From assembly GCA_051362555.1 (NCBI GenBank), contig CM120645.1, positions 15,128,001-15,192,000 of the forward strand: DNA of 64,000 nucleotides, given 5' to 3'. This DNA is from Lingula anatina (Eukaryota; Animalia; Brachiopoda). Both the position numbers and the translations under genes were made by a program. Shown one piece after another: positions 39,101-51,900 of the stretch (its first letter is position 1; each line of letters begins with the position of its first letter). Under the pieces are notes generated by a model. That model saw only the letters and a program-made list of their open reading frames with translations, was not told the DNA's origin and made no database searches.

Positions 39101-42100
39101 TATATTTATAGAGCTGATGAATTTTCATAAAATGCAGGATGATCGAGCCATTATTGTAGAAGTTATGCTTTTTTTTCACTTTTCAACATATATGCAACAC
39201 TGTAAACACATTTTTAGGAAAACCGATAGGCCTGTTGTCATGAAACTCTCAGGAGTAATCGATCTTACTAAAACGCAGGTCAAGTTCGAAAATCGACATG
39301 CAGCCTGAGTTGGAAAAGCAGTCTAATTGGCTTCTTTTTCTGGAAGTTATACATTTTCAAAGTGTGAACTTGAACTCCCATGGGCCTGAAGCCTTATGCT
39401 TGTTACACATTTAACTTACGTTGGTATTACCTGTTGAGCATAATTAAAATTTGATGTTGAATTTGCAGTTTAACATAATGTACTTTTGCATCAGAATTGA
39501 CAGTAGCCTTTTTTGTTATTTCCTGCTTTTTGTCTGTACATTTGACAGCTTTGCTGCCTTGTTCACATATTGGCATTTTCAATGTATGACTTTGAAGTTC
39601 CATGATCCTGAAGACCTTTGCTTGTCACATTTTCTGAATATGCGTTATACTAATATTTTATAATTAAAAATTGATGGTCATTATGCTGTTAAACATTATG
39701 TAATGTTGCATCAAAATTTGAAGAAACCCCTGTTTTGGGCACTGCTCCCATGATGACCATTTAAGGAAAATCGTGTCAATTACTGTTCTCAAACTTACAG
39801 GAAAGAAACATGGGTCTAAATACAGCTTCAGTAGGCAATGCAGTCTGTTTGGTAAATTTTTCTGGCAATTAAACAGTTTTTTTTGAAAATGTAATTTTTC
39901 ACATATTGGCATTTCCAAGGTGTGACTTAGAACCTCCACGGGCTTGAAGACCCATGCTAGTCACATTTTCTGAAAATCCATGACACTTATATTTTATTAT
40001 TAAAAATCGATGGTCATTATGTTGTTAAGCATTATGTAATGTTGCATCAAAATAGAAGAAAACACAATTTTGGGTGCTGCTGCCTTGATGACCATTATGG
40101 GGAAAACTGTGTTACTTATGACTGTCAAACTTTCAAAAAAGAAACACAGGACTAAAATGCAGCCTGAGTTGGAAAAGCAGTCTAATTGGCTTCTTTTTCT
40201 GGAAGCTATACATTTAAGTGTAATATTCATTATCTTTTTGGCATATTCATTGTGGGACTCAGAGCTCCCATGAACATGAAGCCGAATGGTAATCATATTT
40301 TCTACATGTCCATCCTATTTATAGTCAATAAACAAAATTTGGTGATAATTATTCTCTAATTTATTATGTAATGTTACATCAAAATTGACAACAATCTTTT
40401 TGCACTGCTACTGCAAACATTATGAAAAGAAAACTGTGCTACTTATTATCATTTTTAACTTACAAGTACGATTTTTAGGATTGGCCTTCAGCTCATATGA
40501 GAAAACCAGCTCTATTGGATTATCATTTTTATTGAATTTATGCATTTTTTGTGAAATTTTCATTTTTCTCATTCTGGCACTTTCTAAGTATAAACTTGAA
40601 CTCTGATGGGCCTGAAGCCTTATGCTTTTAATTTCGTTTCTATTGATATCAGATGTGTCAAATGATAGCCATCATCTGCGTCTGTCGTCGCCGTCGCCGT
40701 CGTCGCCGTCGCCGTGCACTTTTACCGATAACACGATAAGTGGAAAACTGTTTTTTCTTTTGGCTTGAAACTTACAGAACTGATGAATATTTGTAATACG
40801 CAGGTCAAGTTCGAAAATCAGCATGATCGGGTCACTTATAGGGAATATATGCTGTTTTTTCACTTTTTTCAGCATATATGCAGCACCGATAACACGATAA
40901 GTGGAAAACCATTTTACCTTTTGGCTTGAAACTTACAGAACTGATAAATATTCATAATACGCAGGTCAAGTTCGAAAATCAGCATGATCGGGTCACTTAT
41001 AGGGAATTTATGCTGTTTTTTCACTTTTTTCAGCATGTATGCAGCACCGATAACACGATAAGTGGAAAACCATTTTACCTTTTGGCTTGAAACTTACAGA
41101 ACTGATGAATATTCATAATACGCAGGTCAAGTTTGAAAATCAGCGTGATTGGGTCATTTTTAGTGAATTTAGGCTATTTTTTCTCTTTTTTCAGCATATA
41201 AGCAGCACCGATAACACCATAAATGTAAAACCATTTTACCTTTTGGCTTGAAACTTACAGAACTGATGAATATTTATAATACGCAGGTAAAGTTCGAAAA
41301 TCAGCATGATCGGGCCATTTTTAGGGAAGTTATGCTGTTTTTTCACTTCTTTCAACATATATGCAACGCTAATAACACAATATAAGAAAAACAGATAGGC
41401 CAATTGTCATTATACTCACAGGAGTAGTCAGACTAACTAAAACGCAGGTTGAGTTCCAAAATCAGCATAAACGGGCCATTCTTTTAGAAGTTCTGCTGTT
41501 TTTTCACATTTCCTCAGATTTAATTGTTAGGCATGTTAACAGTCTCATTATTGAACTAATAAGATACGTAAAAGTGTTTGTTTGACATTTCCTGTATCTT
41601 AATAACATTGTTAGTTGATTATGTAAAAATGATGGTAAACTTGTTATTGAGTATTATGTTATAAAGTGTCAAAAATGGAAATAAACAAATATCATTGCAG
41701 TTTGTCAGATTCAATCATCTACTATATTCATTATCTCAGAATGGAGGAAATTGGACATTTAACACTGTTCTATTGATATTTTTCCCATCTCATCAATTTT
41801 CTTAGTTGATCATATACAAATGGTAGAAAACTGTTTATTTTGTTTTATGTTAAAAAAGTGTTTTAAAAATGGAAGTAAACCCATTGCAGAACAGTGCTGT
41901 CTTGTTTCAGCATATATGCAGCACCGATAACACGATAAGTGGAAAACCATTTTACCTTTTCCCTTGAAACTTACAAAAATGATGAATATTCATAATACGC
42001 AGGTCAAGTTCGAAAATCAGCATGATCGGGTCATTTTTAGGAGAGTTATGCTGTTTTTCACTTTTTTCGCCATATATGCAACACTGATAACATGATAAGT

Positions 42101-45100
42101 GAAAAATCATTTTACCTTTTGGTTTGAAACTTGCAGAACTTATGAATATTCATATTACGCAGGTCAAGTTCGAAAATCAGCATGATCGGGTCATTTTTAG
42201 GGTAGTTATGCTGTTTTTTCACTTTTTTCAGCATATATGCAGCACCGATAACACGATAAGTGGAAAACCATTTTACCTTTTGGTTTCAAACTTAACGAAC
42301 TGATGAATATTCATAATACGCAGGTCATGTTTGAAAATCAGTATGATTGGGTCATTTTTAGGGAAGTTATGCTGTTTTTCACTTTTTTCAGCATATATGC
42401 AACACTGAAAACATGATAAGTGGAAAACCATTTTACCTTTTGGTTTGAAACTTGCAGAACTAATGAATATTCATAATACGCAGGTCAAGTTTGAAAATCA
42501 GCATGATCAGGTCATTTTTAGGGAAGTAATGCTGTTTTTTCACTTTTTTTCAGCATGTATGCAACACCTTTGTGCTATATGATGGTACTGTATGGATAGC
42601 AGTCTATAAAATTGTCCCTTGGGTGATCACTAATTAAATTAAGGTCTATAAAGTCACTTGCCTACTCATTAATTTTCAATTGGCCATTAAATGAGATTAC
42701 ATAAAACACTCCTTGAGATTTCCCTGTAAAGTCCCATAGGTTTAGCTCTCTTAACTGTGTCACAAAATTAGGATTTGGTGATAATTGTGCAGATAAATGG
42801 TGTTTAACATTGCAAATAAATTTACAACAAAAAGAATGTGTTATGCCAACATGCTATAGATGAATAACAGTGGTTTATTTTTCTCAAACTTGTTGGGGTT
42901 ATTAATATCAAGTTAATACAGCTAGATTAAAAGTTTGAATAGCAGCTTTATTGGAATTTTTTACGTTTTATTTAAAATTTTTTTGAAATTATTTTTCAAA
43001 CACTAGCATCTTCAAGATGTGATTTTTTACTCCCATCCACCAGAAGTGCTGTGCATTTTCTGTATTTTTGTGTATAATTGTTATTTCTTCAGATTTAATT
43101 CTTAGGCATGTTAACAGTCTCATTATGGAACTAATAAGATATGTAAAAGTGTTGTTTTGACATTTTCTGCTTCTTAACAATATTGTTTGTTGATTATAAA
43201 AAAATGACGGTAAACCTGTTATAATATTGTGCATTGTGTAATAAAGTATCATAAATGGAAAGGAACTCATCATTGCAGTCTGTCAGATTTAATCATTCAC
43301 TATGTTCAGCATCTGCAAATGGAGCAAATTGGACATTGAAAATTGTTTTATTGATATTTTTCCTATGTCAACAATTTTCCTAGTTGAACATTTAAAAATG
43401 ACAGTTTATTGATCATTTTGTTTTAAAAAAGGTGTTGAAAATGGAAAGAAAATCATTTCAGTACAGTTATTTCTTGTTTACATTTTGGCATTTTGAAAGT
43501 GTGACTCTGAACTGCCATGGCCTTGAAGACCTTCCCAAATCACATTTTCTGAATATTCATGATACTTTTATTTTTTTATAAAAAATTTTGATGGTTATTT
43601 GATGGTTGATAAGCTTTAAATTGCAATCAATGTAAGTGGCTTAGTTTTCTGTCACGCCTACTGAAACTGGCATGCCAGAATCCTAAGACTCTCAAACTGA
43701 AAGCAATTTATTGAGAAACCCCTTGGAGTTGGATTGATCCTGTTAGATTGATCTAGGTATGGGAACTTAGTCTAATGCTTGATACACATTTTACTTTCAT
43801 CCTAATCCAATGTTATGCAGAATAAGAATTTGATGTTGGCTATGCAGTTACAGTAAGCATAATACATTAGTTTATCAGAATTGACAGTATCCTATATCCT
43901 GCGTTTTTATTTTCTGGTTTTTGTCTGTACATTTGACAGCTTTGCTGCCTTGTTTATTTTTTAAGAGCACATTTAAATTACTGATTATGGTGAAATTATT
44001 TTCTGCCAACATTAGTATATGTGTGATTTAACACATACTTCTGCATTTCTTCCCTGTTATGATTTCTTGAAAAAGAAACAGAGGTGTAAAGAAAGATAGG
44101 ATAAAAAATCCAGTTGTTGTTAACTGCATTTCTTCTTTCTGGCCAGGAATTTCAGCAGTCTTACCAAAGAAGGAGGCAGGCCTCTAGGATTCAATGCATC
44201 TACTTGGTACTATGAACAAGACATCCAGAACCCATGTGTGAAACTCAGTAACACACAAAATGTAGAGATTCAGATTTTGGTAGGTCATATGTGGTGTTGT
44301 TTGTTGATGGTAGTACTTGGGAATTGAACTAAAACTTATTGAATTTATACATACTTTTATACTCACTTTAGAGCAAATATTAGTATTTGACCCAATTTAA
44401 TTTGTTCTCAGTTAAATAGTTGCTCATTTCCAATAATGCATGTGTCATAATAAAAATTTGAATAACATATTGGGAAATGATAAAATATTTAATCATAGAG
44501 CAATATATATATTACTTGAGCTGTTGTGTTTGTTCATCTTGGCCCATATATGTATATCATTGATTATAAATTCTGCACTACTGGTAGTGTTAAATAAACA
44601 ATGTGATACACATTTATTTTTATATATGTACTCATTGACACTATTGTAAGTTCTATATTAGCAATTCCCAGACATTGTTATATCCTTTTCCCTTCTTACT
44701 AATGAATTTATTATTGTAAAATCAGAAAGCTTTTTTTCTAAAAAAAATGAGTTCCACATTTTTTTAATACTTTATGTTTGGAAATGCAAAGCTGCCGAAT
44801 GCAGTTAAATGTATTTTGATTATTCTGTTTTATTTATAGATTGAAACCAACCCTCCTGCAAGAATATGGTAAGTTTCATATTCAGACATTTACTAGTATA
44901 TTGAATATTGAATTTAAACAAGAAGTTATTGCACTAATATTGTGTGTTTAAAATTGATTTCATTATTTGTCACATTATTTAACTGTCAGTTTTATATGGA
45001 CTGTAAATAAGCATACCGCAATATCAGGGACTAAAAATTAATCTTTGTTAAGGGGACTTTCTCCATTTTAGCCATTTCAGAGGAAAAATAAAAAAAAGAT

Positions 45101-46997
45101 GCCTGTTTATGTAAGTGATGTTACCAAACATGAATTTCTGCTTGTGTGTGTGCATGTATGGTCTCCTTTTTCATTGACTTGGATATGTTAAATGATTACA
45201 GGAGAACCCCCCTCTCGTAAGATGCTCCATAATATAAATATTTTACTTTGAGAAATTTTTTTCAAAAATCAATTTATTTTGTATTTGTCAATATCATCAC
45301 TCCTTTAGCATTTTTTTTAAAGTTTTTGTGTATTTTTTACTTCAGTGTGAGGGACCAAGCAGACACCTCAACCTGTGGCCAGGTAAGTCATACATAGCAG
45401 CAGTGGTAAATAATTGAATAAGGTGATAGCCTGAGTGTGAGACCAGGCAGGGGCCACCTCGTTCAAATTTCCACATACACGCACATGCCCACAAAAGGCC
45501 CCTTTACACTGGATGGCATCCTTTCTGTGTCCCGTAGTGCAGACCCATGTGAGAGTAAAAACAAATAATACTTTATGGCTGACAACTGGCTGATCATTGA
45601 GCACTTATTTTGCAACCAAAGCGATGCTTTGACTACAGCAATGCCAGTTTCATGGTTGTACAAAGGACACATAAAAAAAGTCGGTCCAATGTAAAGGGGG
45701 CTTAATGTAATAAGCTTGAACAATTTGAAATTTGTGAATCAAGAAGCTGACACTCATCAGACCTGGAGCTCACTGTACTAACTAAAGGCAAAACAAGTAC
45801 TAGTAAAGGTCTAATTTCATATCTAAGGTTGCTTTCACAATTAAACTATTGTACTAGATAGTTCGAACTTACTCCATGGGACTCTCACTGAGAAACAGAT
45901 TAACAAGCCTCCTCCTTTCCAACACACTCATACTGTACAGTCACCAGCTTTTCTGTATTCTACCCGGTACTAGGAAAAGGCGTGTTAATCTGATTGCATT
46001 AAGCGAGAGTCCCAGCGGAGTTAGTTCAAAATACCTAATACGATAGTTTCATTGTGAGCCCACCCTTGCAAGGTCATCATGAGTGACAGATACATTATAG
46101 AGACCCCCATGGATTTTGTGAACTGAACACTATTTAATATTGCAGGGTACAGTAACCAAGTGTCCCCACGCCTCCATTGCCAACAACATGTATTTTGAGT
46201 TTTATTGTAACGCGCAGTGTGAAGAAGGGGATGTGAACTTTTGGTACAGGTTAGCGATGAGTGCCCCAAACGAAGGTGAGTTCTTTATTAAAATGAGGGG
46301 CATGTCTATCAGTAGCGTCAGAGGCCAGTTTGAAATTCTCCACTGTGACACTAATCAAAAATGCTCAATTGGTTATCTAAATTTCATGATAGCATTCATG
46401 GCATTTGGCATATTTTTGGATTTTTTCATTTAATTTAATATTTTTAAGAAATATTTTTAAAAAATAGGTTTGTCTAACATACATATGTGATTGACATGGT
46501 AAAGTCAATCACTTAAGTTCAGTTGTTACATACAGCTATGAGTATTGTTTAAAAATTAGAAAATACAAGAAGTTCACACGTATCAACAATGGAACTCAAG
46601 CTACTGATTGCAAATTTTAAAGTTTTTGTATAATTTACTTTATTATATTTCTATGCCACATTCCTTTAGATATACAAATATTTTATCTACAAAGGTATGG
46701 CAGTCATATACAGAGCAATGATAAGTCAACAATATAATTACATAAATAAAATTAATGGATAATTACAAAATACCAGTCATTGAATTTTGGCCCAATTTTT
46801 CAGAAAACTGGTGCTTCAATCAAAGGAGTGAGTTTCCCAGCGACCTTGCTCCCATTAACCCCATTGTGGTGGATGTGAAAACGACACCTAAGCCAAATAG
46901 AGCAGACGGCCTCTTGACCAGGACAAGCCCAATTCTGCATCTTATAACAGCTCTTGCATGTATATTTGTGTTGGAAAAGATGTCTTTTTGCAACTAA
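30319..46997 (+). CDS. Uncharacterised secreted, probably GPI-anchored Cys-rich protein, 215 aa, 7 exons
   Basis: Exons 30319-30376, 30678-30744, 44147-44279, 44840-44868, 45346-45382, 46146-46275, 46804-46997 (648 nt, canonical sites, phases 1,2,0,2,0,1). Protein: MEFQLKTLLLLVILLVLLSVSDAAQCSNPIDYVLIAPENYDRNFSSLTKEGGRPLGFNASTWYYEQDIQNPCVKLSNTQNVEIQILIETNPPARICVRDQADTSTCGQGTVTKCPHASIANNMYFEFYCNAQCEEGDVNFWYRLAMSAPNEENWCFNQRSEFPSDLAPINPIVVDVKTTPKPNRADGLLTRTSPILHLITALACIFVLEKMSFCN. Confidence 0.85.
31636..34125. mobile_element. Kolobok-like non-autonomous DNA transposon inserted in the first HINE copy
   Basis: TTAA duplications at 31632-31635 and 34126-34129 split an otherwise contiguous HINE motif. 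Termini AGGGTTTGCTTCATG...CATGAACATTGTCCT (imperfect TIR, AGG/CCT ends). Confidence 0.7.
43611..43772. mobile_element. MITE family A, truncated and degenerate copy inside the HINE array
   Basis: Ends GATTGATCTAGGTATGGGAACTTAGTC; shares CTGTCACGCCTA and GCAATTTA motifs. Confidence 0.6.
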
Positions 46998-48978
46998 ATT
47001 GATAGTTTTATGTAATGTTCACCAACATTCCTTATTATGTGAATTCAGATTAGGACATTAATTTGCCTTGAGTATAATAGGAAACTCAAAGTTGGGAAAT
47101 TTTGAGAGGTTCTCTTACATTCGGGATAAAATAGCAAAGACCTGCATTTACCAATGCTGCCTCTATTTCAAACAATACTCAAAGAGTTTTATTTATAATA
47201 ATATTTTAGATATAAAAATTCACTATTTTTGATGACTGAAAGGCAACTTACAACATTTGTTAATCTCTGAAAAAACTTTAGTGACAAATCTGGTATGGTT
47301 TAATTACCTGTTATTAGGAATTTATTGAGTTAGCAGAACAAAACAAGGGATAATTGAAAATAATCGTTCTACTTTTATCCAATGACTGTGATGCATTTTC
47401 TTTTTTTTTTTCAAAACTGCACAAAGACATATTCTTATTTCAAAACATGAATGCAATATTTAACTAAGTACAGTTTAATATAGTTTCTATAGAATTTATG
47501 AAAATAAATGAACAATATGGGCCATTCCAAGAAATTGCTGTCAAAAATATGGATCTGAGAGTATTTTTTTTTTATAGAAATTGTTACACTTTGTGTAATT
47601 TGAAAGTGTAATATTTAAAATCATGGCTTAGTTACATTTTATTACAGGAATGGGTGTTATGCATACTACATATATATTCCCTCTTGAGTGTCAAAATTCA
47701 TAAGTTGGTTAACATTAACTTTGAAGAAGTAGTTTTTTTTCTTTCAAATGGACAAAATAAAATATTAGGCATTGATTTTGTCAGTGGGAAAATTTTACCA
47801 ATGGCCTCAGGAAAAAATTAATCATTTTTATGCTAAAAAGTAGTCCATACTGTAAATATAACATTAAATCCTCCCTATGTAAGTACATGTAGCAGCAATG
47901 GTCACTAAACGTGTTGAAAAGTTTTGTCAACAGACTCCATTAAAAGGGATGTTAACCAGCTTATCAACTTTGTCTGGCCTTGACAGCAACTATTCATGTA
48001 ACAAGTGCAACTTGATTTAATTATAAGTCTGCCCAGAAATTATGATGCAATTCTCCTTTATTGTTTCAATGAAATACATACAAACATATCATATACATGT
48101 TTTTAAAATAACTTTTCTGAATTTATGCAAATATATTGTGCATTATATGCTATTACAAATGTAAATGATCGTACAACAGTATGTTGTTCAACATGTGCAC
48201 ATAATTAACAATGGGCAATGTAATCATCTTGATCTTTTCTACTTCAACTCACATCTACCTGTACTAACACTGTGTAGTAAAACAATGCTTTACCCTCCTG
48301 TGCTGGTCACATTTGGGAGTACATGTACATCTATATACATATATATGTCATTAAGGTATCGTCATTAAGTATGACATAATAATAAATTTTCATAATTTCA
48401 TAAAGTGCTTGTTCTCTTGTATATTTTGGCATCACTGAAATTGCACCGATTTACTGCTATGCAACATTTCACATTTCTTTTATTATCACTGTCTTATGAA
48501 GTAATTCCTCAACAGATAATCCATATAATAGTAACATTGCTTCTATCTTGCTTAGAGCTATCAAAATAGAACATGTTTAATATGATACTTGACTCCAAGC
48601 AAAGGCATTTATCAAATACATATAACACGTTTAGTCTACGCATTATTCTTCAGAAACATTTAATTAAGTTGGCCCCATACAACCTTTTCTTTGTCTGTTT
48701 CAATTCAAAGATTAAATGAAGAAAATGAAAGGAATAAATTCGGTTGTTCAACATTAATTACATCAAATAATTAGTATTTTAAACTTTATTTTCTACAAAT
48801 CACAGTTTTTATTCAACACCTCATTAACAAACCAGAATGTATATGCCAAGAAATAATAATAATAATAATAATAATAATAACGCTCTCAAGATGAAGAGAG
48901 CATGTGCCAAGATAATCAAAATTCAAAGTCTTCCTGCACCAATCCTGCCAACCTTTAATAGGTCACTTATTTCATGCC

Positions 48979-51900
48979 TCACATTTCATCTCTCACTTTA
49001 TCAATGAACTGTTTATAAGCTGCAAACACCCCCTGTGGATCCTCCCAGAGGGGATAGTGACTGATGTCTTTACCTAATACTGTTATACTCCCCCTGGGGA
49101 CTGTTTTTCTATAAAATAATTACAAAATATTTACAAATAGTAGCTTTAATTTACTAAGACATTGCATGCTTGTATCATTTTTGAACACAGTACGTAACAT
49201 ACCTTTTGTTTCTAGGTAATGTTCTAATGTAAATCATCAAAATATCAAGGTAAGTAAACTATGCTGTACAAGTATGTGATTTTAGAAATTAAGAAATATG
49301 ACAGCTAAGTTTCTCTTCAAAAACTGAAACTGATAAAGACTGTGGTGTTAAAAAAATAAATATTTGCAAGTTTCATGAAATATGTCAAAAAATTCAGTGT
49401 TTTCTGAGTCTGAGGCAATTAAATGAATAACAACATAAAACAAACTTACTTGTAAAAGTCAATAAAAGGCGGCGGGTTGATGGGATCAGCTGGTCCATAT
49501 ATCACATGAACTGGAAAACAAAAGGATAAGATTTAAGGCGAAATAAAAAGTGAAGTAAACAACCCTTCTGTCCAACACCGTGCAAATTCAGCAATGAATA
49601 AAAATTACAAATGGGCTCGAAATACAGACACTGTTGTATACTTTTAGGTTGGATCACACATTGTTAATACTTCTTAGCTTCATGGTTAAAATACTGGTAT
49701 TTACATTTGCATCGCTATGAGGAAATCTAATGCTGACAACAATAAGCAGTTTAAATCATTGAATGTTTACTCTTTGCTTGCTCAGGTACATTCTGCCTGT
49801 TCTGTGTGGAATCCCACTCTTTTTAAAGAGTTATATTATTTTTATATTATTATTAGTTATATTAAATATTAAAATATCAAACCATGACAATTTGACAAAG
49901 GATTTTTGGACTCAATATTCAGATTAATTAACAAGCCTACTTTACCTCTTTAGACTTTACACAACATGTTATAAGGAATTACAGACTACAAATAAAGACA
50001 TTAAATGAAGTTACCAAAGTTGCTGGTGAATTTTTAAATGTCTCAGACACTATGTGAAACATAACTTAGTCAGCTATGATTTTAAGTGGGCTAAGACTGC
50101 ATTCCCACAGACTTAGATCGATCCATCTTGATTGAACTAACTCCCTGGGGGTTCATGCTAAATTGCTGTCAACCGAGCATGCTCAAAAGTTAATTACCCC
50201 CTTACACATTTTAGTAGGCGGAACAGACATTTAAGCCGGCTAATCTGACAGCAATCTAGTGAGACTCCCCATGGGGATAGATCGATCTAAAATCTGTGGG
50301 AATGCAGTCTAAGACATACCTGGCAGCCTGGTATTTTGTAAGGCTCCTGTCCACCTGTCTTTGTTTGCTGCCCTCTCGAGGATGTAATCAATTAACCTGC
50401 AAAATAAAGGCAAATTTAGACAATGGGTTTAATCCACCACAACCACTTAGTTTGAGCTACAAGTTCTGACCAATAAAAACAGAAGTTAACTTGTAAGGTG
50501 AACTGAGTTTTTTACAGAATGGTCTATGAAGGAGTATTTTTTATTTCTAATACAAAAAGGTAAAATTGATCAAATGTTAGAAAATCAGTTTAATTAAAGA
50601 AAATAACGTTGAGCATTTGGCCAAAGATTTTATTTCGTTTTTAATATAACTATTTAAGATTAAACATAAAGTGACTAATACAGCTAACTAAAGAAACAGT
50701 TTGTTGGCACCAATGTGGTTTGAAAATGTGGTTTTGAAGTCAAGAATTTAATTATAGAAATCGGTTCTTATAGTCTTGACACACATGGACCATATACTGG
50801 TACCCGTACTAGCTAGACTTACCTGGGTAGAGCAAAGTTGCCCTCATTGTACCTGGTGGCAGCCCAAAAGTCACTAAGGTCTTCAGGTGTTGGTTGAGTA
50901 TTAGGACCAAACACACGGCTGAGGCTGGAAAATATGATTATATACAGTATTTTATAATTTTTCAAATAAACTTTGGGTTACCCTTGAACTACTAAGTATG
51001 TGTATAAAGAGTTAAATAAACATATACAAGTGTATCAGATTCCTTTTTTTTTTTTTTTTACTCATCAATGATACCCATCAACGATTTGAAGTTGAAGAGT
51101 GTAAAAAGCACAATAGGTTGCTATTTTACTTTTCGTAAGACATTTAAATTCATGTGACAAGTTTGTAATTTATGACAATAACCACATACTCTATGCAATA
51201 GTATGGAGGATATTTCTTTTAACAATTAAATTAAAACATATAATACAATTTTCATTATATAATGTACCCAGTCTGACTCTAGGATAAAATTTTAATTTAC
51301 AGAAAAAGCTGGCTAATCATACATAAATTAGAAATTTGCATTTTTAAAATTAAAAATAAATCTGGCAAAAAACTGATGAAACATTCCTTATTTGTCTTTA
51401 CCAAATTCAGAAGAATTTTTAAATACTAAAATATTAAAATATTTGGTAAAAATTTGTAATGGAAGTGTGATACAAAGCAGTCTGTTTGTTATGATGCACA
51501 TTGCTATCTACACAGAATTACCTTGCATAAATACATACCCTCTTTTAAACATAAATCTATTGGAAAACATTCCAATTGGATATTTCAAGTAGGGTTTCAG
51601 CATCAACTGAAATGAAGTAAAACACACACATCAACAGTACCAAATGCATGCATCATACTCAAGCAATTAATAATTCATATTTTCGTTTGTAAATATCATC
51701 TTACAAAAAAGTCACTTTAAAGAAAATATTGAAATCTTTTCGTTTAAATGTGGAAAATCAAAAGCTCTAAAGTGTGATATGTGTCTTTTTGTATCTAAAT
51801 GTGTTAAGTTGTATATACACCAGTATCTGTATGAGGGATACAATAAAACCAAACACAAATCCGATGGTCTACAATAATTTGGTTTTATATTAAAATGCAT

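Larger units (their letters stand above)
30795..43955 (-). mobile_element. Nested/tandem array of about 6 copies of a non-autonomous Helentron-type (HINE/DINE-1-like) element with internal ~161-bp tandem repeats
   Basis: On +, each copy has the hairpin ATGTACAGACACA-GA-TGTGTCTGTACAT (30801, 35993, 37791; partial at ~34353, ~38985, ~40652), then (GTCGCC)n, then ~161-bp units containing ACGCAGGTCAAGTTCGAAAATCAGCATGATCGGG. The other end is TGTCTGTACATTTGACAGCTTTGCTGCCTTGTT (~35983, ~39563, ~43953). Inserted in T-runs with no TSD. Confidence 0.85.

Noticed and set aside
30779-40875. Repeated MCLYILPSPAS... ORFs resembling a gene family
   Set aside because: All arise from the hairpin/microsatellite end of the HINE copies; their lengths and frames are inconsistent
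36099-42570. Regularly spaced repeats suggestive of a CRISPR array
   Set aside because: Whole ~161-bp units repeat with no unique spacers; eukaryotic intron and no cas genes
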